A stretch of 64,000 bases of DNA. It comes from an uncultured Anaerolineales bacterium. Lineage in GTDB: Bacteria; Chloroflexota; Anaerolineae; Anaerolineales; UBA11858. How positions within the stretch are numbered: position 1 is the stretch's first letter; every line of letters starts with the position of its first letter. The notes below the pieces were generated by a model that worked only from the letters and a program-made list of their open reading frames with translations, did no database searches and was not told the DNA's origin. Both the position numbers and the translations under genes were made by a program. The DNA lies in contig CAYQQX010000003.1 in the NCBI GenBank assembly GCA_964419495.1, forward strand, positions 4,943 to 68,942, written 5' to 3'. Positions 10,041 through 19,449 of the stretch are shown here, in pieces.

Positions 10041-11138
10041 CTATTCATCAGCCTTTGACAAGGGCTGCTGCTGGGTAACACAATGCATCATGCCGCCCCG
10101 TTCCGCTGTACGCCAAGCTGGAATGCCAACAATTTCGCGAGTTGGGAAGTGCTCTGCGATGATGCTCTTCGCATTAGCATCATTGACATCACCATACACC
10201 GGAACCAGCACAACATTGTTGGCGATATAGAAGTTTGCATAGGTGCCCAACGATAGAATATTCTCGAATGGCGGTCGTGTGCCTTCCGTGAGTGTTGAGT
10301 ACATCTCGTTTTTAGGTTTCGGCAAGCACACCAGTGTCAATGATTTTCCCGATTCGGTCTGGGCATCATGCAGTTCATCTAAGTGTTGTTTCAGAACCGG
10401 ATAAAAATGATTATCCTCATCATCTGTCCAAGAATACAGCACTGTGGCCTCATCAGTGAAACGGGCGTAGCCATCCACATGAAGATCTGTATCACTACCC
10501 ACTAAATCGCAAAAATCACGTGAAGCCCCCGACAGCCAAATAATATTTTCAATGCCAAGATAACCTTTGATTGCGCCTTCAATCTCTTGCTGACTAACCC
10601 CAGGGTTACGATTGGGGTTGATAATCGAGCTACGGGTGGCGATCAGGGTTCCTTGGCCATTGACTTCAATCGCGCCTCCTTCCAGGGTGATGGGCCCTTT
10701 AAACAAGGGTAGTGACGCTGTTTCTGCAACACCGGCGGGTACTAAGCGATCTTTTTTGAAGGGATATCTCTCCCCCCAGCCGTTGAAATTCCATTCTGTG
10801 ACAGCCAACTCACCGCGGTCATTCACCAAAAAGATGGGGCCACAATCTCGCGCCCAGACATCGTCATTGGGGATAACTTGAACATCTATTTTGCTCTCAT
10901 CCAAGCCGTAATACCTCAACTGATGATGCAGGTGTTCTCTACGATGATCATCAGGAACAATGATATGCACAGTTTCGTGCTGATTCAAAACCATGGTCAT
11001 CTCCAGCCAGAGATGCTCCAAGTGTAAGGGTGTATCCTCGTGAGTATCGTTATGCGGCCATATTAGCCAGGTACCCTCATGGGGTTCCCACTCAGCGGGC
11101 ATGGTATAACCCAAGGTTTTGGGAGTCATATTATCCAT
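10041..11138 (-). CDS. aguA: Agmatine deiminase
   Basis: It is 365 aa. MPAEWEPHEGTWLIWPH is at the N-terminus and GGMMHCVTQQQP (catalytic Cys) at the C-terminus. Confidence 0.85.
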   Translation of the reverse strand: MDNMTPKTLGYTMPAEWEPHEGTWLIWPHNDTHEDTPLHLEHLWLEMTMVLNQHETVHIIVPDDHRREHLHHQLRYYGLDESKIDVQVIPNDDVWARDCGPIFLVNDRGELAVTEWNFNGWGERYPFKKDRLVPAGVAETASLPLFKGPITLEGGAIEVNGQGTLIATRSSIINPNRNPGVSQQEIEGAIKGYLGIENIIWLSGASRDFCDLVGSDTDLHVDGYARFTDEATVLYSWTDDEDNHFYPVLKQHLDELHDAQTESGKSLTLVCLPKPKNEMYSTLTEGTRPPFENILSLGTYANFYIANNVVLVPVYGDVNDANAKSIIAEHFPTREIVGIPAWRTAERGGMMHCVTQQQPLSKADE

Positions 11139-11143
11139 AGTTT

Positions 11144-12601
11144 CTATTGCAACTTCTCCGCTTCACGTTCTGCTGCAGCCAATATTCGCTCCAGTTCGGT
11201 AATTACTTCTTCCGAGAGGGGTTCGGGGTGATGGGTTTCATTGATGCGGTTGAATTCTTCCAGGGCAATCTCGCGCGAAGGCCGCGGAGAGTCACTGGCA
11301 TAGATTTCATCAGATATAGGATCGATGACAAAATCGCGGATATGCTTTCGGGTGTGTTTCTGCCGCAAAAAGTGGGATCCCGGTCCCACGGCTTTGATGA
11401 CATCCAAGGCCAGGTCAGCCTCATCGAACTCGACATCCTTAAACCCCTCATAAACTTCCATGCAAATCATGTGGTCTAAAATAATTTGCTCGGGATAAAG
11501 CAACATTGAGCCATCCAGCATGCCCAGGTAGCCGCAAATTTCCCCTCCACTGAGAGGGATGAACATTGCACCAGCCCCAGTCGCGTAGCCGGAATACCAG
11601 CCTATGTCTTTGGCACCACTACTGGTGCCGCCCCCTCCCAAGCTGGGCAATTTCCAGTTATGCCCGATTTGCACCGTCAAAGTTTCAAAGGGGATGCCGG
11701 TGCCGGTCACATAACCACCCGTGCGCGGGTGCATCAGGGACACTTCGATGGAATGAAAGACCGGGGCGCCGGCATATGCTAACTGGATCAGCACCATGGC
11801 GCTGATGACCTCCGCGTCACCGGTAACCAAGGCACCCCAGGGTGTGGCTGGCGCGGTAGTACCCATGGTTGGCATAGCCATAAAGCTGAAGGGGATGCCC
11901 GCTTCGGCGTAAACCAGAGCCGATTCGATTCCGTGTTCGTCGTGGGCCAGCGGGGCAATGCTGCAAATATTGGCACAGATCGGGGGACGCGCCCGTCTCT
12001 CTTCTTCGCTTCCAGTTACTACGGTGGCCATCTCCACAAGATAGGGAGCCAGTTCGGGGAATACCGTGGTTCCGCCACGCACGTGCTTGAGGGTGTTGGT
12101 CAACCCGGCGTGACATTCATGCAACGGAGCGGTGAGCCCGAAATCTTGCGCGCTGACCAGCGGCCAGAAGAAGCTGATCGTCGGCAGCGCGTCGCAGATG
12201 CGGGCCATGCGGGCAACATCATCTTTGCGTGAGCTGCGTTCCTGTCGGTTTTCCAGATCGATGACACGGGTTCCGCAGCCATCGGTACATAAATAGGTAT
12301 TTTTTCCATCCAGCGTTAGATCAAATCTGGGTTCTCGTCCGCCTAAAATAAAGGAACGCGGTGCCGAGGACATGGCTTTCTCAACCAGATCAGGCGCCAA
12401 CCGAACAATTTGAGTATCCCAATCTACATCCGCCCCGTGGTCTGAAAAGATCTTGAGCGCCTTTTCAGAAGGGAAACGAACACCGACATCTTCCAGCAAT
12501 TGCAATGTTCCCGCTTTGAGCATGTCAAGTTGCGATTGCGATAGCACCTTGTGGTGGATCGTTGATGGGTATGCGAGAATATCAGGTGTAATGGATTTCA
12601 T
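11144..12601 (-). CDS. MttB-superfamily methyltransferase (non-Pyl)
   Basis: It is 485 aa and contains SFFWPLVSAQDFG..PLHECHAGLTNTLKHVRGGTTV, PPICANICSIAPL, DAEVISAMVLIQLA, HPRTGGY and HFLRQKHTRKH. It belongs to the same clade as 24611..26077 and 55684..57144. Confidence 0.88.
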   Translation of the reverse strand: MKSITPDILAYPSTIHHKVLSQSQLDMLKAGTLQLLEDVGVRFPSEKALKIFSDHGADVDWDTQIVRLAPDLVEKAMSSAPRSFILGGREPRFDLTLDGKNTYLCTDGCGTRVIDLENRQERSSRKDDVARMARICDALPTISFFWPLVSAQDFGLTAPLHECHAGLTNTLKHVRGGTTVFPELAPYLVEMATVVTGSEEERRARPPICANICSIAPLAHDEHGIESALVYAEAGIPFSFMAMPTMGTTAPATPWGALVTGDAEVISAMVLIQLAYAGAPVFHSIEVSLMHPRTGGYVTGTGIPFETLTVQIGHNWKLPSLGGGGTSSGAKDIGWYSGYATGAGAMFIPLSGGEICGYLGMLDGSMLLYPEQIILDHMICMEVYEGFKDVEFDEADLALDVIKAVGPGSHFLRQKHTRKHIRDFVIDPISDEIYASDSPRPSREIALEEFNRINETHHPEPLSEEVITELERILAAAEREAEKLQ

Positions 12602-12656
12602 TGAGTTTCTCTTTGTTGAAGTGATAGAGTTATTGATCTGCTGCGGGGTATATTCA

Positions 12657-14120
12657 TCAAGAACAGGAGCCTTTTAGCGCTTTGTCTGCTGCAGCAAGAA
12701 TCCGGTCGATCTCCTTCTGGACATCCGCTTGCGGTGGTTCTGGACGATGATTCTCGAGAATCCAAGATACTTTCTCGCGAGCGTATTCCACAGGATGGCG
12801 GTACTTGCTCATTGAATCCAATTGAAGCGTAACACCCCGCACCATGGATGTACGCATATATTTGCGAGTGTGCTTCTGACTCAAAAAATGACCGCCCGGG
12901 CCAACCCGGTCAATGGTCTCTACAGCCAGTGCTTCTGGGTTGATCTCCATGTTCAGCAGGCTGTAGCGAGCCTGATGGTAAAGATCATCATCAAGAATAA
13001 TAGCTTCTGGATACAGAAGGGTGTACGTATCACGCAGACCTATCCCAGTGACGATTTCCGCACCAGCCAGCCCTACCAAAAGGGGATCTGTAGCTACATC
13101 GGCTGCCGATTGCCAACTATCCACTTCAGGGCTTTCAGTACCGAACGCACCACCAAGGGCTGGCATCCCCCAATGGTGGGCCATTTCGACAGGTGCGTAG
13201 CGTACTCTAGAATCCAAGGGGTAGCCAACATAAGCTGCTGTACGCGGATCAGCCCAAGCGTGTAGCAGGGAGTGAAAAACAGGTGCACCAGGATATGCTA
13301 ACTGAAGCAAGACAGCTGCACTAATAATTTCCGCATCTCCTAAAACTAAGGCACCCGCATACGTTGCAGGAGCGGTCGTTCCCATGGTGGGCATGGACAT
13401 GATCACAACCGGGATGCCAGCCTCGGCAAGCACTAAAGCACCCTCGATGGCCTCTTTATCCTGCATCAGGGGAGAGACCGTGCACACGATCAGTGAGATC
13501 GGTGGGCGCTTACGCACTTCTTCCAGGCTGCCTCGCAGCACTGTCGCCATCTCCACCCCATAGCGACAAATCTCTTCACCCATCATGGTCACACTCTGAT
13601 AATGCTTGGTGTTATTCTTCCAGGTGACATCGATCTCGTGGAGCGGGGAGGGTACTCCGCAATCCTGCGCGCTGACCATTGTCCAACTAAAGGCCATGGA
13701 AGACAAATAGTCGTTTATGCGGGCCATCATGCCAACATCGGCTTTTGCCGAAGCACGACGTTCTCCAGTCTTAAAATCTACTACATTGTGGCCACACCCA
13801 TCATTAGTGAAATAGGAAACTCCATCCTGGAGCTGAAGATCAAAATTGGGATTCCGAGCCCCTAACGTGAAATAACGCGGCACAGTGGACATAGCTTTAA
13901 GAACCAGGTCGCGCGGAATTTTCACAATTTGGGTTTCGTGATCCACCTCCACCCCGTTTTCAGCGAAGACAGCTAAAGCTTTATCAGATGGAAATTGGAC
14001 GCCAGTATTCTCAAGGATATTGAGAGTCGCTTCTTGCAAGCGATCCAGCTGTTTACCATCTAAAAAACCCAACTTATACGGGGTCTTGATTGGTTCAATA
14101 GCATTGGGCTCCGATGTCAT
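12657..14120 (-). CDS. MttB-superfamily methyltransferase (non-Pyl)
   Basis: It contains the MttB blocks FSWTMVSAQD, MPTMGTTAPAT, DAEIISAAVLLQLAYPGAPV, DPRTAAY, LLYPE and GPGGHFLSQKHTRKY. I prefer the ATG at 14120 (GGAGA upstream) over the track start at 14147. Confidence 0.85.
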   Translation of the reverse strand: MTSEPNAIEPIKTPYKLGFLDGKQLDRLQEATLNILENTGVQFPSDKALAVFAENGVEVDHETQIVKIPRDLVLKAMSTVPRYFTLGARNPNFDLQLQDGVSYFTNDGCGHNVVDFKTGERRASAKADVGMMARINDYLSSMAFSWTMVSAQDCGVPSPLHEIDVTWKNNTKHYQSVTMMGEEICRYGVEMATVLRGSLEEVRKRPPISLIVCTVSPLMQDKEAIEGALVLAEAGIPVVIMSMPTMGTTAPATYAGALVLGDAEIISAAVLLQLAYPGAPVFHSLLHAWADPRTAAYVGYPLDSRVRYAPVEMAHHWGMPALGGAFGTESPEVDSWQSAADVATDPLLVGLAGAEIVTGIGLRDTYTLLYPEAIILDDDLYHQARYSLLNMEINPEALAVETIDRVGPGGHFLSQKHTRKYMRTSMVRGVTLQLDSMSKYRHPVEYAREKVSWILENHRPEPPQADVQKEIDRILAAADKALKGSCS

Positions 14121-14203
14121 AACTGCATCTCCATTTATAGTCCTCATATCGTGTAAAGAGCACGGTTATTCAGCCATGTAACAAATCTGAGGATATGGAT
14201 ACA

Positions 14204-15148
14204 TTATTCCCCAATTTCTGCAAGAACTTTATAAGGGTCTAAGGCATCGCGCAGCCCGTCACCGATATAATTCACTGAGATGATGGTCAAAAAGATCATT
14301 ATTCCAGGGAAAATAGCCAGCCAGGGATATTGGACGAGATGATCTTGGGCATTATTGAGCATATTGCCCCAGGATGGCGTGGGCGGCATAATCCCAAATC
14401 CTAAGAAAGATAAGCCCGATTCCTCCATAATGGCATATCCAAGCCCTAAAGTAGATTGGACAATTATGGGTCCGAAACCATTTGGCAATAATTCTCTCAG
14501 TATTATTCTCAGGTCAGAAGCTCCTAATGCTCGTGCAGCCTGAATATAATCCATCTCACGCAGCGTTAAGAATACCGCCCGTACCAACCGGGCGACAGTT
14601 GGCCAGGAAAGGACTCCCAGAACCAGTGCGATTGTCATTTTGCTGTTGCTTTGAACAAAGGGCAGATCGGCCTCACGCAGGATTGCGGCTAACAAGATCA
14701 TGAACAGTAAAGCTGGAAGAGCAAGTGTTGCATCAATAATCCGCATCAGGATATTGTCTATCCACCCGCCATAATAACCGGCAACAGTACCAATGGGAAT
14801 GCCAATACCCAGTGTTATTGCAACGACCATTAAGCCGACAGTCATTGAAACCCGCCCGCCATAAAATGTACGGGTCATTAGATCTCTCCCCAATCCATCG
14901 GTACCAAAGGGATGGGCTAGTGAAGGTGATTGAAATCTATTTTTAATATCTGATTTTTCAGGATCATATGGGGATAGAGAGGCGAAAACTGCCGTTAAAA
15001 TCATAAGGATCATTACGAATGCCCCAACCATCGCGCCTGGGTGACGGCGGAAACGCTTCCAGGCCAGGGACATCATCGTCTCTGGAGGTCGGATATTATT
15101 CTTTATCTCGCCATTTTGTTCGAGCGTTTTTTCGTTGTTTTTCATCAT
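14204..15148 (-). CDS. ABC transporter permease (DppC/OppC-like)
   Basis: It is 314 aa and multi-pass hydrophobic. It has the BPD-transporter EAA-type region (YIQAARALGASDLRII). Confidence 0.85.
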   Translation of the reverse strand: MMKNNEKTLEQNGEIKNNIRPPETMMSLAWKRFRRHPGAMVGAFVMILMILTAVFASLSPYDPEKSDIKNRFQSPSLAHPFGTDGLGRDLMTRTFYGGRVSMTVGLMVVAITLGIGIPIGTVAGYYGGWIDNILMRIIDATLALPALLFMILLAAILREADLPFVQSNSKMTIALVLGVLSWPTVARLVRAVFLTLREMDYIQAARALGASDLRIILRELLPNGFGPIIVQSTLGLGYAIMEESGLSFLGFGIMPPTPSWGNMLNNAQDHLVQYPWLAIFPGIMIFLTIISVNYIGDGLRDALDPYKVLAEIGE

Positions 15149-15166
15149 CTTTGTTGCTTCTCTCGA

Positions 15167-16207
15167 TTATTCATAGCGAACTCTTGGATCTAGATAGGCA
15201 TAGGCAATATCAGCCAATAAATTAGATATAATTACTATGCCAGCACCAATGATTAGGACGCCCAACAATACGGGGTAATTTCGGGCAGTCGCAGCGTCAT
15301 AATATAGGCGCCCCATCCCTGGCCAAGAGAAGATCAATTCGGCATAAATATAGCCCGTGAACATATAAGGGAAATCTAAGGCAAACAGTGTTACTACAGG
15401 AATAAGTGCATTTTTGAAAGCATGTTTGTAAAGAACTTTACGCTCATTTTGACCTTTCGCGCGTGCCGTACGGATGTAGTCTTGATTGATGACTTCAAGC
15501 ATGCTGGAACGCAGGTAGCGTGAGTACCAGGCGACCCAACCCACCAACCCCATCGTAACAGGAAGGATTAAATGTTTGATCCTGTCCCAGATGGAGAAAT
15601 CTGCGCCTAAGGTATACATACCACCAGAGGGCAGGAGGGCGTCACCTGTAAATGGATTGTTCAGGGTGGCATAAAAAACAAGGATTAAGATTAAACCGAA
15701 CCAGAAATCAGGGATGGCCTGTCCCATGAAGGATAAAGTTGTTGCCGTAATATCGAAGGCGGAATATTGTTTCACCGCGGATATGATTCCAATAGGAATA
15801 GCGATAAGCCCGGTGAAGAGCATCATAAAAAATAACAAATACAACGTGTTTGGAAGACGCTCCCCAATTTCATCTAAGACAGGTTCGCGGGTCTTATATG
15901 AAAAGCCAAAATCGCCGCGCAGGATACCTTTACGAGTTCCATATGAGTCTAGAATACCGTCCCCGGTTGTGTCAACTTTCATCCAATCGTTCCCGGCCAG
16001 CCAGACAACATATTGAACTGGCAGGGGCTTATCCAGGCCAAATTGCCGCTTGAGTGCCTCTGCTCTTTCAGCAGTCATACGCCGTGAACGGCTATATTGG
16101 GACAGAGGTCCACCAGGTGCCAAATTTACAAGCCCAAAAAGAACAATACTTACGATTAATAACATTGGGATGGCCTGAAGCAAGCGGCGTACGATATAAG
16201 TTCCCAT
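15167..16207 (-). CDS. ABC transporter permease (DppB/OppB-like)
   Basis: The N-terminus is typical (YIVRRLLQAIPMLL) and YIRTARAKG is present. The ATG at 16207 lies 5 nt after AGGAG and is preferred over the GTG at 16213. Confidence 0.85.
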   Translation of the reverse strand: MGTYIVRRLLQAIPMLLIVSIVLFGLVNLAPGGPLSQYSRSRRMTAERAEALKRQFGLDKPLPVQYVVWLAGNDWMKVDTTGDGILDSYGTRKGILRGDFGFSYKTREPVLDEIGERLPNTLYLLFFMMLFTGLIAIPIGIISAVKQYSAFDITATTLSFMGQAIPDFWFGLILILVFYATLNNPFTGDALLPSGGMYTLGADFSIWDRIKHLILPVTMGLVGWVAWYSRYLRSSMLEVINQDYIRTARAKGQNERKVLYKHAFKNALIPVVTLFALDFPYMFTGYIYAELIFSWPGMGRLYYDAATARNYPVLLGVLIIGAGIVIISNLLADIAYAYLDPRVRYE

Positions 16208-16283
16208 ACACACTCCTATAACTAGGGGGGAGGGTCAATAATGATCCTCCCCCCAATTTAACGAACAATGGTAAATCTATCTT

Positions 16284-18038
16284 CTATTCTTCAACTGTCC
16301 AATCAGCGACGTTCCAGGTCAAAATGTCAAAAGCTGAGGGCCTGATACCTTGCATCCGATCGGAAAGCCCGAACATCTCGAGGGTCGAGAAGAGCTCAAT
16401 TGCTGGTAGTTCCTCTTCGAGAATCAAGGCAATATCACAAAAGACTTCCATGCGATATTCTTCATCCACCGTGTAGAGCTCATCTACCAACGCTGCAACT
16501 GTTTCAGCTTCCTCGCCGGTCCAATTGGCTAAGTTCCATTCGCTATCCGAGGCATAGTAATAGTAATCCCAGAGGTAGCTTGTTGGATCAACTCCCGCAT
16601 AACCATTGTCCCACATATTGATATCGAAATTGCCAGCCAACTCAATTCCGCCATCCTCTACCTGTGCCCACAAGACAGCGCCTTCAACGATTGATAGCTC
16701 TGTCTGGATTCCGAGACTGGCCCAGGCCTCGGCGATGAATTGGTGTGCCAGTTCAAGGGTTTCGCCGTATTCAGCATAGATCATGAATTCCATGGTCATT
16801 AAGTCGCCTTCTTCAGCATGCAGGCAGCCATGGCATTCATTAACTCCATCTCCATCGGTATCTTCCCAGCCGGCTTCTTTCAAAAGCGCAGCAGCGCCTG
16901 CCATATCAAATTCTGGCCTGGGGATTCCACAGCTATCTTCGAATGGTGGTCGGAAGAATTCAGACCAGACAGGTTCGCCGAATCCAAGGAAGATATCATT
17001 GATAATGGTATCCACGTCGATCGCCATCCGCAGCGCTTGACGAACACGCTTATCTGCCAAGATTGGATGTGGTATCGTTTCTTCGCCTGGTGTATCACCT
17101 CTCGCCTTGGTGTTGGGGAATATTTTCATTATCCAACGCTCAGTTGGCGATACAGCATATTTTGTGCCGTTGCCTTCTTCCTGATAAGAAATTGCGTTGT
17201 TTTCAGCAGGCCAGTAGTGCACATCGGCGTCACCTTCATCCATGATCGCTCTCTTGACAGATTCTTCTGGAACGATCCTTAAAATAACCTCGTCGATGTA
17301 CGGTTTGGGCGCATCATAGTAGTTGGGGTTGCGCACAAATGTCAGGTGGTCATCATCGACCCACTCAGCCAGGGTATAGGGACCACTGCTCAAAGGTTGA
17401 CGGGTACAATTCCACTCCCAGTATCCCTGCTCGGCATCACAATAATGCTCAGCAAAGATGGGGAAATCTTCTCCACCAAAGTGAATTATATACTCAGGAT
17501 TTGGATAATAGTAATTCACCTGTATTGTGAAATCATCGATCTTTACCACAGATTCAGTTGCATCTGCTGCTGATGACCAAATCTCTGCGGCTTGTACAGC
17601 ATCCCAGGTGAAGATGACATCATCGGCGGTAACCTGCTCGCCATCTTCCCAGTAGATATCCTGGCGAAGATGCCAGGTAACGGTTGTCTCCCATGTCTCT
17701 TCATCCATGACCACGCCGCCATTTTCGACGGTGGGAATTTCAGTCGCTAGTTCTGGGAAGTAGTTTCCTTGGTCATCAACTTCCGCTACCGAAAGCATAA
17801 CCAGCTCACTTATTACTTCTTCAAAGCCTGTGCCCGCGCCATATCCATGGAATTCAGCCGGATTATCGGGAATAAGAATGGTGACGCTGGTTTTTTCAGC
17901 AGCCGGTTCTTCCGCGGCGGGTTCTTCAGCAGCCGGTTCTTCAGCAGCCGGTTGTGGCGCGCAGCTTGCTACGCTGATAATTAACATAAGCGTAATCAGC
18001 CCAAACACCAAGCCTTTCAAAATCTTACTGTAGTTCAT
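16284..18038 (-). CDS. ABC transporter substrate-binding lipoprotein, family 5 (peptide/opine/nickel type)
   Basis: It is 584 aa. It has a signal peptide with a lipobox (ISVASC), followed by an AAEEP x3 linker and then an SBP_bac_5-like body. Confidence 0.8.
   Translation of the reverse strand: MNYSKILKGLVFGLITLMLIISVASCAPQPAAEEPAAEEPAAEEPAAEKTSVTILIPDNPAEFHGYGAGTGFEEVISELVMLSVAEVDDQGNYFPELATEIPTVENGGVVMDEETWETTVTWHLRQDIYWEDGEQVTADDVIFTWDAVQAAEIWSSAADATESVVKIDDFTIQVNYYYPNPEYIIHFGGEDFPIFAEHYCDAEQGYWEWNCTRQPLSSGPYTLAEWVDDDHLTFVRNPNYYDAPKPYIDEVILRIVPEESVKRAIMDEGDADVHYWPAENNAISYQEEGNGTKYAVSPTERWIMKIFPNTKARGDTPGEETIPHPILADKRVRQALRMAIDVDTIINDIFLGFGEPVWSEFFRPPFEDSCGIPRPEFDMAGAAALLKEAGWEDTDGDGVNECHGCLHAEEGDLMTMEFMIYAEYGETLELAHQFIAEAWASLGIQTELSIVEGAVLWAQVEDGGIELAGNFDINMWDNGYAGVDPTSYLWDYYYYASDSEWNLANWTGEEAETVAALVDELYTVDEEYRMEVFCDIALILEEELPAIELFSTLEMFGLSDRMQGIRPSAFDILTWNVADWTVEE
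17895..17954 (-). repeat. Four tandem 15-nt units encoding the (P)AAEE linker of the lipoprotein
   Basis: The units ttcagcagccggttc / ttccgcggcgggttc / ttcagcagccggttc / ttcagcagccggttg are read directly from the sequence. Confidence 0.9.
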
Positions 18039-18091
18039 CTGTAGCCTCCTTTTGGTATTAATGAACTATAAAAATTGGTTTCTCACAAAAT

Positions 18092-18739
18092 CTATGCTGG
18101 AGCATCTGCCAGGCGGAATGCCATATCGACAGCGGAGATGGCATCCTCGGCATAGCCATCAGCACCGATCCTCTTGGAAAATTCATCCGTGACAGGTGCC
18201 CCACCGACCATAACTTTAACTTGCTGACGTAATCCAGCTTCATCTAAAGCCTGGATTAGCTTTTCTTGCTGCAGCATGGTGGTTGTCAGCAGCGCAGAAG
18301 CTCCGACGATTGTCGCACCAACTTCTTTAACTGCTTCAACAAAAGCCGATGCCGGTTGATCTACACCGATGTCTTTAACTTGGAACCCGTTCGCGGTCAA
18401 CATGGTTCCGACCAGCGTCTTGCCAATCTCGTGCAGATCACCTTGAACTGTTCCAAGAACAACAGTTGCGACAACATCGCGTTTCTGATCTCCAACAAGG
18501 GCCGGTTCGAGTATTTCCAACGCCTCTTTCATGGCATCTGCACCGATGATCAGTTCGGGCAAATAGTATTCGCCGCTGGCAAATAACTCACCCACTTTTT
18601 GGATCCCTTTTGTTAGGCCGCGGGTGATGCACTCAAGAGGATCCAAACCCTGCTCAAGAGCCTCCTTGGCGAGGGCTACTGCATCTTCCGGCTCGCCATC
18701 AATCACAGCCTGGGCCAACTTCTCAAACATATCTGACAT
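18092..18739 (-). CDS. Cobalamin-binding corrinoid protein (MtbC/MttC/MtgC-like)
   Basis: It contains the B12-binding motif DxHxxG (GDLHEIGK), then SALLTTT and VMVGGAP, with an N-terminal helical cap domain. The ATG at 18739 lies 5 nt after a perfect AGGAGG and is preferred over the track start at 18769. Confidence 0.88.
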   Translation of the reverse strand: MSDMFEKLAQAVIDGEPEDAVALAKEALEQGLDPLECITRGLTKGIQKVGELFASGEYYLPELIIGADAMKEALEILEPALVGDQKRDVVATVVLGTVQGDLHEIGKTLVGTMLTANGFQVKDIGVDQPASAFVEAVKEVGATIVGASALLTTTMLQQEKLIQALDEAGLRQQVKVMVGGAPVTDEFSKRIGADGYAEDAISAVDMAFRLADAPA

Positions 18740-18952
18740 AAAATCCTCCTTGCTAATCGATGCGAACAACTTTTGTTTTTAATCTTCGCTCTCAAATTTC
18801 CAATAAGACCTCCTCAGATATCTACACTTTTCCACTTGTGATCTTCTTTGATGCCACCACAATATTTAACTCATGTTACACACACGTAGCGAGGTTTCCC
18901 TGAGCTTGCGTAACATCAATATTTAAATTAGAAAAAGACCATAATAAAATAA

Positions 18953-18986
18953 AACCCAGGTTGAGCAATTCACTCTGCACTGGGTT
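18953..18986 (-). terminator. Possible intrinsic terminator of the Lrp gene
   Basis: The 7-bp stem aacccag/ctgggtt is followed on the - strand by ttattttatt. The loop is large (20 nt) and contains the Lrp stop codon. Confidence 0.3.
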
Positions 18987-19449
18987 CTAAAACGTTTGGG
19001 GGCATCCAGGTATCAAAATCCTTAATCTTTAGAGGCAAAAGATAAGATTGGGTTCGGGTGACACCGGGTATCTTACCAATCGTCTCAGACACAAAGTTGA
19101 ACAATTCTTCAATACTTCGCACTCGCAACGAGATACTGACATCTGTAGCTCCAGTAGCGCAAGCGACATACGTAACTTCCGGAAACTCAGCCGTTTTTCT
19201 TGCTACTTCTCGCACTCTTCCTGGCTCAACTTCGATGAAGACATCAGCCATCACATTGTAGCCAACTGGCTCTGGGTTCACAATTGCGCGAATATTGATG
19301 AAGCCTTGTTCCGTCAAGGCATTGATCCGATTGGTTACCGTACGCGCAGATACATTGCCTAACCGCCGGGAAATCTCAGTACTCGGCATGCGTCCATCAT
19401 CTTTAAGCAGTGCAATAATCTCCCAATCTGTACAATCTGGTTTATCCAT
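18970..19449 (-). CDS. Lrp/AsnC family transcriptional regulator
   Basis: It has an HTH region (DWEIIALLKDDGRMPSTEISRRLGNVSARTVTNRINAL) followed by an AsnC-type ligand domain. The ATG at 19449 is preferred over the TTG at 19458. Confidence 0.85.
   Translation of the reverse strand: MDKPDCTDWEIIALLKDDGRMPSTEISRRLGNVSARTVTNRINALTEQGFINIRAIVNPEPVGYNVMADVFIEVEPGRVREVARKTAEFPEVTYVACATGATDVSISLRVRSIEELFNFVSETIGKIPGVTRTQSYLLPLKIKDFDTWMPPNVLEPSAE

Noticed and set aside
18740-18969. Cobalamin riboswitch upstream of the corrinoid protein gene
   Set aside because: Only a short AGGGAA-like element is present. I could not find a B12-box-like core or the expected multi-stem architecture. A covariance-model scan is needed before making any claim.
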